Shown here piece by piece: positions 51,563-61,453 of a stretch of 61,453 bases of DNA. Each line of letters begins with the position of its first letter. Within the stretch, counting starts at the first letter, position 1. Made by a program: the position numbers and the translations under genes. The notes below the pieces were generated by a model. The model saw nothing but the letters and a program-made list of their open reading frames with translations, did not search any database and had not been told where the DNA came from. The stretch is from Micrococcales bacterium (GTDB taxonomy: Bacteria > Actinomycetota > Actinomycetes > Actinomycetales > Microbacteriaceae), in the NCBI GenBank assembly GCA_041303805.1, contig JBFYOM010000001.1, positions 1 to 61,453 on the forward strand. Reading direction: 5' to 3'.

Positions 51563-52477
51563 ATGGCGTTTGCAGCGTTCGGTGGAGCTCCAACTAAGGA
51601 ACACAAAACTCCAAGTAAGTCCGGTCGAATTGTTTTGGTCCTGCTTATGCCTGGTTTGGTTTACCTTGGGCTCTTCTTCTTCACCCCGCTAATCTCGCTA
51701 ATCATTACCTCGCTCCAAGTGCCGGCCGCCAGCGGTGCTATCGGTATGTACGAATACGGGTTTGCCTGGGAAAACTACGTAAACGTAATCACGAAGTATT
51801 GGGACCAGATTGCCCGATCGTTCTACTACGCAACAACTGCGACGATTTTCGCTCTGCTTATCAGTTACCCGTTGGCCTACTTTATTGGTGTTCGACTTCG
51901 TTCCCGGCCGCTACTGCAGCGCCTGATGCTCGTCCTAGTTATCGCCCCGTTCTTCATTTCGTTCCTACTTCGCACCATCGCCTGGAAGCAGATCTTCTCC
52001 GACGGCGGCGCAATTATGCAGTTCGTTTACTCGACCGGGTTGATGAGCACCGAGCAAAGTTTCCTCGGAACCGATGCCGCCGTGATCTTCGGTCTCACCT
52101 ACAACTTCATTCCGTTCATGACCCTCCCGCTATTCACCACCTTGGAACGCTTTGACGTGCGCCTACTCGAGGCTGGCTCGGATCTCTACGCCAGCCCTGC
52201 CAAGGTCTTCCGGAAGGTCACATTGCCACTTAGCATGCCGGGTGTAATATCTGGAACCCTTCTGGTGTTCATCCCGATCTCGGGTGACTACGTGAACGCC
52301 AGCCAAAACTTCTTAGGGTCTTCGAAGACTTCGATGATTGGAACCATGGTTGACTCCAACTTTCTCAGCACGCTGAACTACCCGTTGGCCTCGGCGCTAA
52401 GCGTGATGCTGATGGCCGTCATCGTGGTGTTGGTTGCTGTATACGTTCGCCGAGCTGGAACGGATGACCTACTATGA
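51563..52477 (+). CDS. potB: Polyamine ABC transporter permease
   Basis: LLEAGSDLYA EAA-loop, PFMTLP, multi-TM. Confidence 0.9.
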   Translation: MAFAAFGGAPTKEHKTPSKSGRIVLVLLMPGLVYLGLFFFTPLISLIITSLQVPAASGAIGMYEYGFAWENYVNVITKYWDQIARSFYYATTATIFALLISYPLAYFIGVRLRSRPLLQRLMLVLVIAPFFISFLLRTIAWKQIFSDGGAIMQFVYSTGLMSTEQSFLGTDAAVIFGLTYNFIPFMTLPLFTTLERFDVRLLEAGSDLYASPAKVFRKVTLPLSMPGVISGTLLVFIPISGDYVNASQNFLGSSKTSMIGTMVDSNFLSTLNYPLASALSVMLMAVIVVLVAVYVRRAGTDDLL

Positions 52478-53277
52478 AACGTTTCTCGTTGGCCCGTCTT
52501 GGCCTTCCAACCTATGCGCTGCTTGCAATGGTTTTCATGCTTATTCCTATCGTTTACACGATCATCTTTTCTTTCAACGACTCCAAACAGCGCACGAACA
52601 CTCAGTGGCAGGGATTCACCTTCGACAAGTGGTTGGGTGTTTGTTCCAAGCCTGAAGTTTGTGAAGCTCTAGGTAACTCCATCTTCATCGGAGTAGTTTC
52701 CACATTCATCGCGACAGTGTTGGGAACCGCGCTTGCAATCGGTTTGGTGCGCTACAAGTTCAAGTCTCGCGCCATGGTCAACCTGGCTCTGTTCCTACCG
52801 ATGGCAACCCCTGAGATTGTTCTGGGTGCCGGTCTCGCTGCTCTCTTCTTTAACGCTGGTGTTGGTGCGGGCATGACAACCGTGATTATCGCTCACGTGG
52901 TCTTCTGTCTATCCTTCGTGGTTGTGACCGTTAAGGCTCGTGTTCAGACTCTCGACCCAGTGCTTGAAGAAGCCGGCCGAGACCTGTATGCAAACCCAAA
53001 TCAGGTCTTCTGGAAGATAACTTTCCCTCTACTTCTTCCTGGAATCATCTCGGCAGCGCTGCTCTCGTTTAGCCTGAGCTTCGACGACTTCATCATCACC
53101 TACTTCAACTCTGGTTCGGTAGACACCTTCCCGAAGTATGTCTATGTTGCTGCTGCCCGTGGTGTGCCTGCAGAAGCAAACGTAATCGCATCCGCAGTAT
53201 TTATCGCCGCGATTGTGATTGTTCTGGTTACCCAGATCAATGGCGCTATCAAGCGCAAGCGGCTTCTGAAGAAATAG
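52474..53277 (+). CDS. potC: Polyamine ABC transporter permease
   Basis: LEEAGRDLYA, FSLSFDDF, TPEIV. Confidence 0.9.
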   Translation: MKRFSLARLGLPTYALLAMVFMLIPIVYTIIFSFNDSKQRTNTQWQGFTFDKWLGVCSKPEVCEALGNSIFIGVVSTFIATVLGTALAIGLVRYKFKSRAMVNLALFLPMATPEIVLGAGLAALFFNAGVGAGMTTVIIAHVVFCLSFVVVTVKARVQTLDPVLEEAGRDLYANPNQVFWKITFPLLLPGIISAALLSFSLSFDDFIITYFNSGSVDTFPKYVYVAAARGVPAEANVIASAVFIAAIVIVLVTQINGAIKRKRLLKK

Positions 53278-53293
53278 GTTTGACCAAAAGTTA

Positions 53294-53319
53294 GTGCCCG
53301 CCGGAAAACCAGCGGGCAC
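53294..53319. terminator. Bidirectional terminator between potC and gabT
   Basis: GTGCCCGC(C)GG-AAAA-CC(A)GCGGGCAC followed by a T-tract. Confidence 0.8.
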
Positions 53320-53336
53320 CAATTTTTTGTCTAGTT

Positions 53337-54665
53337 TTACTTAGCGTGAGCTAGTGCTTCATCCAAGATGTTTAGGGCATCCGTCAACTGCTCGTCGGTG
53401 ATTGCCAGTGGCGGTAGGAAGCGAATTACGTTTCCGTGGGTTCCAGCGTTCAGAACTAGCACGCCATTTTGGTGGCAATACTGAACAACCTTGTTTACCG
53501 CTGCTGCGTTTGGGTTCTTGGTTCCAACCTCTACAAGTTCGATGGCCAACATCGCACCGCGACCACGAACATCACCGATGATTGGGTGACGCTGCTGAAG
53601 CTCTAGAAGGCGTGGAAGCATGAATGCTTCAACTTCCATTGCACGGCCAAACACCTTGCCATCTTCAAGTTGTTCAAGAACGGCAACTGCAGCGGCAGCG
53701 GCGACTGGGTTACCACCGTAGGTGCCACCGATTCCACCAGCGTGAGCTGCGTCCATTACATCCGCGCGACCGGTGACGGCCGAGATTGGCATACCGCCGG
53801 CAATTCCCTTGGCGATTGTGATTAGGTCTGGTTCGAAGCCTGGTTCGTAGAAGCTGGCAAACCATCGACCGGTCCTGGCGATTCCAGACTGAACTTCATC
53901 GGCAACGATTAGCACGTTGTTGGCGCGAGCCCAAGTTTGCAGAGCGGTGAGAAAGCCAGGTGCTGGCACGATGAAGCCACCCTCACCCTGAATCGGCTCG
54001 ATAACGATGGCGGCTAGATCTTCTGCGCCAACGCGCTTTTCGATATAGGTGATTGCCCGGTTAGCAGCTTCCTGACCGGTCATACCCTCAGGGTCACGGT
54101 ATGGGTAAGACATTGCTACGTGGTGAACGCTGCCTGCTAGCGGACCGAACCCAGCGTTGTAAGGCATGGCCTTGAAGTTCATAGCCATGGTCAGGTTGGT
54201 TCGCCCGTGGTAACCGTGGTCAAAGACGACGATTTCGCTCTTGCGGGTGAACTTGCGAGCAAACTTCACAGCGTTTTCAACGGCTTCGGCTCCCGAGTTG
54301 AACAGCGCTGACTTTTTGGCGAAGTTTCCCGGGGTGTGCTTGTTTAGCAGTTCACAAACGCGAACGTATGGCTGATAAGGGGTCACGGTGAAGAGCGTGT
54401 GGGTAAGTTTCGCAACCTGTTCCTGCACTGCCTTCACAACACCTTCGTTGGTGTGGCCAATGGTCACTACGCCGATGCCAGAACCCATATCGATGAACTG
54501 GTTGCCATCAACATCGGTGAGAATCGCTCCATGCGCGTGGTCAATGTAGACCGGCAAGGCAGCGCCAACACCAGCAGAAACGTGTTGGAGGCGGTTGTGA
54601 TGGAGGGCCTGAGACTTAGGGCCTGGGATTGCGGTTACCAATTTACGAACGGTGGCTTCACTCAT
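53337..54665 (-). CDS. gabT: 4-aminobutyrate--2-oxoglutarate transaminase
   Basis: NSGAEAVENAVK, YHGRT, EPIQGEGG, ADEVQSG, AKGIAGG, GGTYGGNP; ATG 54665 is 7 nt after TAGACT. Confidence 0.93.
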   Translation of the reverse strand: MSEATVRKLVTAIPGPKSQALHHNRLQHVSAGVGAALPVYIDHAHGAILTDVDGNQFIDMGSGIGVVTIGHTNEGVVKAVQEQVAKLTHTLFTVTPYQPYVRVCELLNKHTPGNFAKKSALFNSGAEAVENAVKFARKFTRKSEIVVFDHGYHGRTNLTMAMNFKAMPYNAGFGPLAGSVHHVAMSYPYRDPEGMTGQEAANRAITYIEKRVGAEDLAAIVIEPIQGEGGFIVPAPGFLTALQTWARANNVLIVADEVQSGIARTGRWFASFYEPGFEPDLITIAKGIAGGMPISAVTGRADVMDAAHAGGIGGTYGGNPVAAAAAVAVLEQLEDGKVFGRAMEVEAFMLPRLLELQQRHPIIGDVRGRGAMLAIELVEVGTKNPNAAAVNKVVQYCHQNGVLVLNAGTHGNVIRFLPPLAITDEQLTDALNILDEALAHAK

Positions 54666-54716
54666 AAGCACTAGTCTAGCCCCGCAACTATGAGAGTTTG
54701 GTGCGAAGATTGGTAA

Positions 54717-55808
54717 ATGCGTCGCATCATTGTGTTGGGTAGTACGGGTTCGATTGGAACCCAGGCCCTCGAGGTAATTTCCGAAAATCCACACCTGTTT
54801 CAGGTGGTTGGTTTGGCGGCTGGAACCAACGCTTCTCTCATGGAAGAGCAGCGGTTGGAGTTTGGGTTAGGTCCTGAGGTATGTGTGCTCGGGGCCGAAG
54901 CCGCCACGGAATTGGTGAGAAACGTCGACGCCGACGTCGTGGTGAATGGAATCACCGGATCAATTGGATTAGCAGCCACCATCGAAACCCTTCGTTCGGG
55001 CAAGATTCTTGCCTTGGCCAATAAGGAATCGCTGATCGTTGGCGGTTCCCTAGTCACCTCTTTGGCCAAACCCGGTCAAATTGTTCCAGTCGACAGCGAG
55101 CACTCGGCGATTGCTCAGGCGTTGCTAGCTGGGGCACCAATCGAGGTGCGCAAACTGATTCTCACCGCGTCTGGTGGCCCGTTCCGCGGTTGGTCTTTGG
55201 AGCAACTTCACTCGGTGACACCCGAGCAAGCCTTGGCTCACCCAACTTGGGTGATGGGCAAGGTGGTTACCACCAATTCGGCCACCATGGTGAACAAGGG
55301 TTTGGAACTAATCGAAGCCCACCTGCTCTTTGGAGTTCCCATCGACGACATCGAAGTCACCGTTCACGCTCAGTCGGTCGTGCACTCGATGGTTGAGTTC
55401 GTGGATGGTTCGGTAATCGCCCAGGCTTCACCTCCCAACATGAAACTGCCGATTGCACTTGGAATGAGTTGGCCAGACCGGGTGCCAAATGTTGCGCCGG
55501 CCTGCGACTGGACTAAAGCTGCAACCTGGACCTTTGAACCGCTGGACGAATCGGTCTTCAAGGCGGTTGCATTGGCTAGGCGAGTGGCAAAACTAGGTTC
55601 AACATTCCCTGCTGTTTACAACGCTGCTAACGAAGAAGCGGTAGAAGCTTTCCACGCGGGAAAAATCTTCTTCACCCAAATCGTCGAAGTGATTGAACGC
55701 GTTGTTGATTCCCACGACGCCCCTGAGGAACTAACTCTTGAATCAGTTCTCGCCGCCGAAGTTTGGGCTCGCGATCGCGCTCAAGGCCAGATGGCCAAGG
55801 CATGCTAA
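54717..55808 (+). CDS. dxr: 1-deoxy-D-xylulose-5-phosphate reductoisomerase
   Basis: [32 protein letters not shown]. Confidence 0.96.
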   Translation: MRRIIVLGSTGSIGTQALEVISENPHLFQVVGLAAGTNASLMEEQRLEFGLGPEVCVLGAEAATELVRNVDADVVVNGITGSIGLAATIETLRSGKILALANKESLIVGGSLVTSLAKPGQIVPVDSEHSAIAQALLAGAPIEVRKLILTASGGPFRGWSLEQLHSVTPEQALAHPTWVMGKVVTTNSATMVNKGLELIEAHLLFGVPIDDIEVTVHAQSVVHSMVEFVDGSVIAQASPPNMKLPIALGMSWPDRVPNVAPACDWTKAATWTFEPLDESVFKAVALARRVAKLGSTFPAVYNAANEEAVEAFHAGKIFFTQIVEVIERVVDSHDAPEELTLESVLAAEVWARDRAQGQMAKAC

Positions 55809-55814
55809 GCAAAC

Positions 55815-55836
55815 TGTCAGAATCTATCGCTAGGTT
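55815..55836 (+). promoter_or_regulatory. PafBC/RecA-NDp-type promoter TGTCAG-N10-TAGGTT for rip1
   Basis: Exact TGTCRG-N10-TANNNT match; -10 ends 7 nt before the GTG. Confidence 0.65.
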
Positions 55837-55843
55837 GATTTAG

Positions 55844-57136
55844 GTGAACGAAATTCTTCTCTACATTCTCGGTATCCTGATCATGATTATCGGTCTGGCC
55901 ATTTCCATTGGCCTGCACGAGTTTGGGCACCTTATTCCAGCCAAGCTTTTCGGCGTAAAGGTTCCACACTGGGCCGTTGGCTTCGGTCCAAAGTTGTTCG
56001 CCAAGAAGGTTGGTGAAACCGAATATTCGATTCGCGCCATTCCACTGGGTGGTTTCATCACCATGATTGGAATGTTTCCACCAGCCAACCCGAACAAACC
56101 CGACGAGAAGCGCAAGTTCGGGGGAGTAATCGCCCAATCGCGTGAAGCACATTCCGAGCACATGGAACCCGGAGATGAAGTCAGAACCCTTTACTCCAAA
56201 CCAGCCTGGCAGCGCATCATCATCATGCTCGGTGGCCCTACTGTAAATCTGATCCTAGGCATCCTGCTGATTGCCGTTGCTCTGTCTGGAATCGGCACCT
56301 GGACTCAGGGAACCAGGGTTGAGGCAGTCATTGAGTGCCAAGAGCAAATGATCAACACAGAAGACTCTTGCACCGCGGACTCGATCCGCACCCCTGCCGT
56401 TTTGGCTGGCTTGCAAAATGGCGACGTTATTTTGAGCGTGGACGGAGTCGCGGTTAGCACCGCCGCGCCGGTGTTAGAAGCACTCACCGCCAAACCGCTG
56501 GTTTCTCACAAGGTTGTGGTTGACCGTGATGGAACACAAAAGACGCTCAACATTTTGGCCGTCGAGGCTGCACTTCCGACGCTGGACCAGTCGACCGGAG
56601 AGACGGTTTCTCAGGTTCGCCCGTATGTTGGCGTTCGAATGGAATTCACGAGGGTTCAGCTAGGGCTGGGTGAATCCATCGCCTACGGCTGGTCAGCGAC
56701 CGAGCAAACTTTCGGGTTTATCGCTCAATTCCCGCAACAGGTTTACTCCGCTCTTTACGCAACAGTGACTGGCCAGGATCGCTCAATCGATTCGGCAATT
56801 TCCGTTGTCGGAATCGGTCAGGTTGCCGGTCAAGTGACATCGTCCGAGGGTGACGGTCTAGACAAAACTTTCTCCACCCTGATGCTGCTCGGCTCGTTGA
56901 ACTTGGCCTTGTTCGCCTTCAACATGATTCCACTGCCTCCACTGGATGGCGGTCATGTTGCGGGCGGTGTCTACGAATATCTAAAGCGTGGCGCCTACCG
57001 ATTGCTTGGTAAGAAAGACCCTGGCCCAGTCGACACGGCACTTATGGCACCGGTTGCGCAAGTAATGTTCCTGGTTCTACTTGCCGCAGGTCTTCTGATG
57101 ATTTTGGCAGACATCTTCAACCCAATTTCCTTCTAG
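55844..57136 (+). CDS. rip1: Site-2 (M50) intramembrane zinc metalloprotease with PDZ
   Basis: HEFGH, GFGP, PLGG, NMIPLPPLDGGH; between dxr and ispG. Confidence 0.9.
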   Translation: MNEILLYILGILIMIIGLAISIGLHEFGHLIPAKLFGVKVPHWAVGFGPKLFAKKVGETEYSIRAIPLGGFITMIGMFPPANPNKPDEKRKFGGVIAQSREAHSEHMEPGDEVRTLYSKPAWQRIIIMLGGPTVNLILGILLIAVALSGIGTWTQGTRVEAVIECQEQMINTEDSCTADSIRTPAVLAGLQNGDVILSVDGVAVSTAAPVLEALTAKPLVSHKVVVDRDGTQKTLNILAVEAALPTLDQSTGETVSQVRPYVGVRMEFTRVQLGLGESIAYGWSATEQTFGFIAQFPQQVYSALYATVTGQDRSIDSAISVVGIGQVAGQVTSSEGDGLDKTFSTLMLLGSLNLALFAFNMIPLPPLDGGHVAGGVYEYLKRGAYRLLGKKDPGPVDTALMAPVAQVMFLVLLAAGLLMILADIFNPISF

Positions 57137-57156
57137 CCCGCGGTTATGCTTGAACT

Positions 57157-58314
57157 ATGCCTGCAGTCAATCTAGGACTACCTAAAAGCCCACCACCAGT
57201 TCTAACCCCGCGTCGCAAAACCCGCCAGATTATGGTTGGAAAAGTTGCGGTCGGTGGGGATGCTCCGATTTCGGTTCAGTCGATGTGTACCACTCCAACC
57301 ACGGACGTCAACGCCACACTGCAACAGATTGCCGAGCTCACCGCGTCTGGTTGTGACATCGTTCGTGTGGCAGTTCCATCCCAGGACGACGCAGACCGTC
57401 TTCATCTAATCGCGAGGAAGTCGCAGATTCCGGTGATCGCCGACATTCACTTCCAGCCAAAGTATGTTTTCCAGGCCATTGATGCTGGTTGTGGCGCGGT
57501 TCGAGTAAACCCAGGCAATATTCGCCAGTTTGACGACCAAGTAGGCGCAATCGCCAAGGCTGCCAAGGACGCCGGCGTTTCGATTCGTATCGGCGTGAAC
57601 GCCGGTTCGCTAGACCCACGCCTGCTTGAGAAGTATGGCAAGGCCACCCCTGAGGCTCTGGTTGAGTCGGCAGTTTGGGAAGCATCACTTTTCGAAGAGC
57701 ACGACTTCCACGATTTCAAGATTTCCGTAAAGCACAATGACCCTGTTGTCATGGTGAAGGCTTACGAGATGCTTTCGGAACGCGGAGACTGGCCACTGCA
57801 CCTTGGAGTTACCGAGGCTGGGCCAGCGTTCCAAGGGACCATCAAGTCTTCGGTTGCGTTTGGTGCTCTTCTTTCAAAGGGTATCGGCGACACCATCCGT
57901 GTTTCACTTTCCGCTCCACCAGTTGAGGAAATCAAGGTTGGTTCGCAGATTCTGGAATCTCTAAACCTTCGCCCTCGCAAGCTTGAAATTGTTTCGTGCC
58001 CAAGCTGTGGTCGTGCTCAGGTGGACGTTTACACCTTGGCCAACGACGTAACCAAGGGTCTTGAAAAGATGACCGTGCCACTTCGAGTGGCAGTCATGGG
58101 TTGTGTTGTTAACGGTCCTGGTGAGGCTCGCGAAGCCGATCTTGGAGTTGCTTCTGGTAACGGCAAGGGTCAGATTTTCGTGAAGGGTGAAGTCATCAAG
58201 ACTGTTCCTGAGAGCGAAATCGTGGCAACCCTGATTGAGGAAGCTAATCGTTTGGCTGCCGAAATGGACCCGACTTTGGTTGGTTCGCCACAGGTTGTTG
58301 TAGCCAAGAAGTAA
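57157..58314 (+). CDS. ispG: HMBPP synthase
   Basis: [41 protein letters not shown]. Confidence 0.97.
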   Translation: MPAVNLGLPKSPPPVLTPRRKTRQIMVGKVAVGGDAPISVQSMCTTPTTDVNATLQQIAELTASGCDIVRVAVPSQDDADRLHLIARKSQIPVIADIHFQPKYVFQAIDAGCGAVRVNPGNIRQFDDQVGAIAKAAKDAGVSIRIGVNAGSLDPRLLEKYGKATPEALVESAVWEASLFEEHDFHDFKISVKHNDPVVMVKAYEMLSERGDWPLHLGVTEAGPAFQGTIKSSVAFGALLSKGIGDTIRVSLSAPPVEEIKVGSQILESLNLRPRKLEIVSCPSCGRAQVDVYTLANDVTKGLEKMTVPLRVAVMGCVVNGPGEAREADLGVASGNGKGQIFVKGEVIKTVPESEIVATLIEEANRLAAEMDPTLVGSPQVVVAKK

Positions 58315-58323
58315 AGTTGGCTT

Positions 58324-60030
58324 ATGCCTATCAGACTTTCCAGCCTGTTCCTGCGCACTTTGCGCGAAGACCCAGCCGACGCTGAGGTCGAGAGCCACAA
58401 ACTGCTGCTTCGCGCAGGTTATGTTCGCAGAGCCGCCGCCGGCATCTACACCTGGCTTCCGCTTGGCCTCGCTGTGAAGGCAAAGATTGAAAAGATCGTT
58501 CGCGAGGAGATGGCAGCCGCTGGCGCTCAAGAAGTTTTCTTCCCTGCGCTCTTGCCACGTGAACCGTTTGAGGTCACCGGTCGCTGGACCGAATACGGCG
58601 ATAACCTGTTCCGTTTGCAAGACCGCCGTAAGAACGACTACCTGCTTGCTCCAACCCACGAAGAGATGTTCACCCTTCTGGTGAAAGACCTTTACACCAG
58701 CTACAAAGACCTGCCGGTTTGCCTTTACCAAATTCAGAACAAATACCGCGACGAGGCTCGCGCTCGTGGAGGTCTACTTCGTGGTCGCGAATTCGTGATG
58801 AAGGATGCCTATTCGTTCGACATCGATGACGAAGGTCTTGCCAAGTCTTACCAAGCTCAGCGCGATGCCTACGAGCGCATTTTCACTCGGCTCGGCGTTG
58901 AATACGTGATCGTAAAGGCCGATGCCGGGGCTATGGGCGGTTCCGCTTCCGAAGAGTTCCTGAGCCCTAGCCCAATCGGTGAAGACACATTCGTGCGCTC
59001 ACCTGGCGGTTACGCTGCGAACATTGAAGCGGTTCAGACTCCTGCTCCAGAGGCTCGTTCTATTGACGGCCTGCCTGTGGCTGAGGTTCGTGACACTCCG
59101 AATTCTCCAACAATTGCAACCCTGGCTGCCGCTGCTGGTATTTCTGCAGCAGATACGCTCAAAAATGTCGTCATGGCATTGGTTTCACCAGAGGGCAAGC
59201 GCTCATTGGTCATGGTTGGCATTCCAGGCGACCGTGAGGTCGATGCGAAGCGCGCGGAATCGGCCTTCTCGCCAAACGAGGTCGAACAGGCTACCGAAGA
59301 AGATTTCAAGAAGCACCCAGAGTTAATCAAGGGCTACATTGGGCCAAAGGCTGGCGGATTTGCCAACATCAAGTACTACGTTGACCCTCGTGTGGTCCCT
59401 GGAACTTCTTGGGTGACCGGCGCAAACGTTGAAGGTAAGCATGTCTTCAACCTGGTCTACGGTCGTGACTTTGAAGCCGACGGTATCAAGGACATCGCCG
59501 AGGTTCGTGCCGGTGACCCTGCTCCAGACGGATCCGGTCCGCTTGAACTTGCTCGAGGAATCGAAATCGGTCACGTGTTCCAACTCGGCCGAAAGTATGC
59601 GGAAAGCCTGGAGCTCAAGGTTCTCGATGAAAACGGCAAGCTGGTCACTGTGACCATGGGTTCTTACGGAATCGGTGTTACTCGTTTGGTCGCGGTCTTG
59701 GCGGAAGCCAACCACGACGATAAGGGCCTGATCTGGCCTGAATCGGTCTCACCCGCGGACGTCTACATTGTGGCTGCCGGCAAGGAAACGGAAGTTTATG
59801 AAGCTGCCGAAAAACTGGCTGCAGAGTTCGAAGCCGCTGGCAAAACCGTGATTCTGGATGACCGCCAGAAGGTCAGCCCTGGTGTGAAGTTTGGTGACGC
59901 GGAACTGATTGGTGTTCCGAATATCATCATCTGCGGACGCGGCATTGCCAATGGTGAAGTTGATGTTTGGAATCGTCGAAGCGGCGAACGGGTCAGTGTG
60001 CCGCTAAACTCGGCATTACAACAAATCTAA
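58324..60030 (+). CDS. proS: Proline--tRNA ligase
   Basis: [26 protein letters not shown] editing domain, [15 protein letters not shown]. Confidence 0.96.
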   Translation: MPIRLSSLFLRTLREDPADAEVESHKLLLRAGYVRRAAAGIYTWLPLGLAVKAKIEKIVREEMAAAGAQEVFFPALLPREPFEVTGRWTEYGDNLFRLQDRRKNDYLLAPTHEEMFTLLVKDLYTSYKDLPVCLYQIQNKYRDEARARGGLLRGREFVMKDAYSFDIDDEGLAKSYQAQRDAYERIFTRLGVEYVIVKADAGAMGGSASEEFLSPSPIGEDTFVRSPGGYAANIEAVQTPAPEARSIDGLPVAEVRDTPNSPTIATLAAAAGISAADTLKNVVMALVSPEGKRSLVMVGIPGDREVDAKRAESAFSPNEVEQATEEDFKKHPELIKGYIGPKAGGFANIKYYVDPRVVPGTSWVTGANVEGKHVFNLVYGRDFEADGIKDIAEVRAGDPAPDGSGPLELARGIEIGHVFQLGRKYAESLELKVLDENGKLVTVTMGSYGIGVTRLVAVLAEANHDDKGLIWPESVSPADVYIVAAGKETEVYEAAEKLAAEFEAAGKTVILDDRQKVSPGVKFGDAELIGVPNIIICGRGIANGEVDVWNRRSGERVSVPLNSALQQI

Positions 60031-60053
60031 ATACACGCACTAGGAGACACACG

Positions 60054-61067
60054 ATGGACATCGACCTAAGAGTCTTGAAAACCATCGAGAGTGACCGCGG
60101 CATCGCTTTCACCGAACTCGTGGAGATCATCGAAGCAGCGATTCTCGCTGCCTATTACCGTTCCGAAGACATTCACCTAAAGCGCGACGAAGCAGATTTC
60201 ACTCGCGCGGTGCTAGACAAGCAAACCGGCGTGGTCAAGATTTACACCCGCGATAAGGACGAAGCTAACCAGCCAGTTGGCGACGAGCGCGATGTCACGC
60301 CAGACAACTTCGGACGAATTGCAGCTTCATCGGCCAAGCAGGTCATCATGCAGCGCCTTCGCGCCATCAACGACGAAAACCTGCTCGGCGAATTCAGCGG
60401 CAAGGTCGGCGACGTCGTCATTGGAACCATTCAGCAGGGACCTCGACCTTACATGATTCACGTTGACCTAGGTTCTCTCGAGGCTTTGCTACCTCCCGAG
60501 GAGCAGGTGGTTGGCGAGGACTACACCCACGGCAAGCGAATTCGCGTGATCATCACCAAGGTCGACAAAGGCTCCCGCGGTGGCGCAATGATTACGGTAT
60601 CGCGCCGTCACAAGATGTTAGTTCGCAAACTTTTCGCCCTTGAGGTTCCAGAAATTGCCTCGGGTCAGGTTGAGATCATGCAGGTCGCTCGCGAGGCCGG
60701 CCACCGAACCAAGATTGCAGTCAAGTCGACAGTTGCTGGTCTAAATGCGAAGGGTGCTTGCATCGGACCACTGGGAGCTCGCGTTCGTGCAGTTTCAGCT
60801 GAGTTGAACGAAGAGAAGATTGATATCGTTGACTACGACGAAGACATAAAGAAGTTTGTAGCTTCTGCATTGTCGCCAGCAAAGATCTCGGCAACCTTCA
60901 CGATTCCTTCGAAAGACCCAGACGGTCGAGTTCACGTGCGCGCACTGGTTCCCGATTATCAACTTTCGCTGGCGATCGGCAAAGAGGGTCAAAACGCCAA
61001 ACTTGCCGCCGATTTGACCGGCGCGAAGATTGATATTCAGCCAGAAAGCATCCTGGACGGCGAATAG
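60054..61067 (+). CDS. nusA: Transcription termination/antitermination factor NusA
   Basis: FGRIAA..AKQVI, S1 and KH domains (AREAGHRTK, GACIG, LAIGKEGQN); AGGAG SD before ATG 60054. Confidence 0.96.
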   Translation: MDIDLRVLKTIESDRGIAFTELVEIIEAAILAAYYRSEDIHLKRDEADFTRAVLDKQTGVVKIYTRDKDEANQPVGDERDVTPDNFGRIAASSAKQVIMQRLRAINDENLLGEFSGKVGDVVIGTIQQGPRPYMIHVDLGSLEALLPPEEQVVGEDYTHGKRIRVIITKVDKGSRGGAMITVSRRHKMLVRKLFALEVPEIASGQVEIMQVAREAGHRTKIAVKSTVAGLNAKGACIGPLGARVRAVSAELNEEKIDIVDYDEDIKKFVASALSPAKISATFTIPSKDPDGRVHVRALVPDYQLSLAIGKEGQNAKLAADLTGAKIDIQPESILDGE

Positions 61068-61097
61068 CCCTAGACCAAGTCAGGTAAGCAGGTTAGG

Positions 61098-61370
61098 ATG
61101 GAACAAGTTAGAACCTGTGTTGGCTGTAAAACGCTCGGCACCCGAAAGACTCTGATTCGTGTGGTTTTGGTAAATTCCGAACTCACCATCGATGAAGGCA
61201 AAAAACTTCCGGGCCGCGGTGCTTGGTTACATGCGAAGACAAAATGTTTAGAACTAGCGCTAAACCGCAAGGCCTTTGGTCGAGCACTAAAGCAGCAGTT
61301 CAAGGCAGACGAAACGGTTCTAGCCTTAGCGATAGAACAGGCAGAAGCGATGATGGCAAAAAATGAGTAA
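61098..61370 (+). CDS. ylxR: YlxR (DUF448) RNA-binding protein
   Basis: RTCVGC, GRGAWLH, CLELA; follows nusA. Confidence 0.92.
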   Translation: MEQVRTCVGCKTLGTRKTLIRVVLVNSELTIDEGKKLPGRGAWLHAKTKCLELALNRKAFGRALKQQFKADETVLALAIEQAEAMMAKNE

Positions 61371-61431
61371 CTCGAAATGAGTACCCAAAAGCTTTAATGG
61401 CCTGCCCTGCCTGGGTTGGCCCAGACAGGAG
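61363..61431 (+). promoter_or_regulatory. infB leader: overlapping mini-ORFs and SD-sequestering hairpin
   Basis: MSNSK* (61363-61380), MSTQKL* (61377-61397), third ATG at 61397; hairpin 61406-61429 overlaps AGGAG 61427-61431. Confidence 0.55.
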
Positions 61432-61436
61432 AAAAA

Positions 61437-61453
61437 GTGGCGGCTTTACCGCG
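61437..61453 (+). CDS. infB: Start of translation initiation factor IF-2 (truncated by window edge)
   Basis: AGGAG-N5-GTG, reading MAALP(R); called mainly from nusA-ylxR-infB synteny since only about 5 codons are visible. Confidence 0.7.

Noticed and set aside
57961-58731. 256-aa antisense ORF over ispG/proS, and the many other short antisense or alternate-frame ORFs in the track
   Set aside because: They lie wholly over well-supported genes, show no family motifs, and are expected shadows of biased codon usage.

Overview
Densely packed, moderate-GC core-genome segment of a small-genome actinobacterium. Gene order, protein signatures and CTA-rich Leu usage suggest Microbacteriaceae of the freshwater Luna (Aquiluna/Rhodoluna-like) type; this placement is an inference. 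Contents in order: adnA (5'-truncated)-adnB, a degenerate APH-fold gene, nudC, uvrD2, a ThiF-like gene, a zincin-like gene, a PDZ-less Lon/YlbL protease, UPF0182, tRNA-fMet, a PKD-like secreted protein, an HtrA protease, DUF3039, pncB, murI-rph-rdgB, tRNA-Arg(CCG), argS-lysA-hom-thrC-thrB-rho-prfA-prmC-tsaC-wecA, atpI-like/atpBEFHAGDC, pduO, yaaA, an ECF sigma pair, tag/ogt, a polyamine uptake and catabolism cluster containing ald and a minimal FtsK/EccC-like ATPase, then dxr-rip1-ispG-proS-nusA-ylxR and the first codons of infB. I saw no mobile element, CRISPR array, rRNA or defence island. The strongest signals are in the short intergenic DNA: (1) a chain of overlapping mini-ORFs plus an SD-sequestering hairpin before infB; (2) a DnaA-box-like motif at identical spacing upstream of two uncharacterised leaderless genes; (3) two exact PafBC (RecA-NDp)-type promoters before pncB and rip1; (4) a probable CTG start for atpB. 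Several proteins are domain-trimmed or catalytically degenerate. All calls come from reading the sequence; no searches were run.
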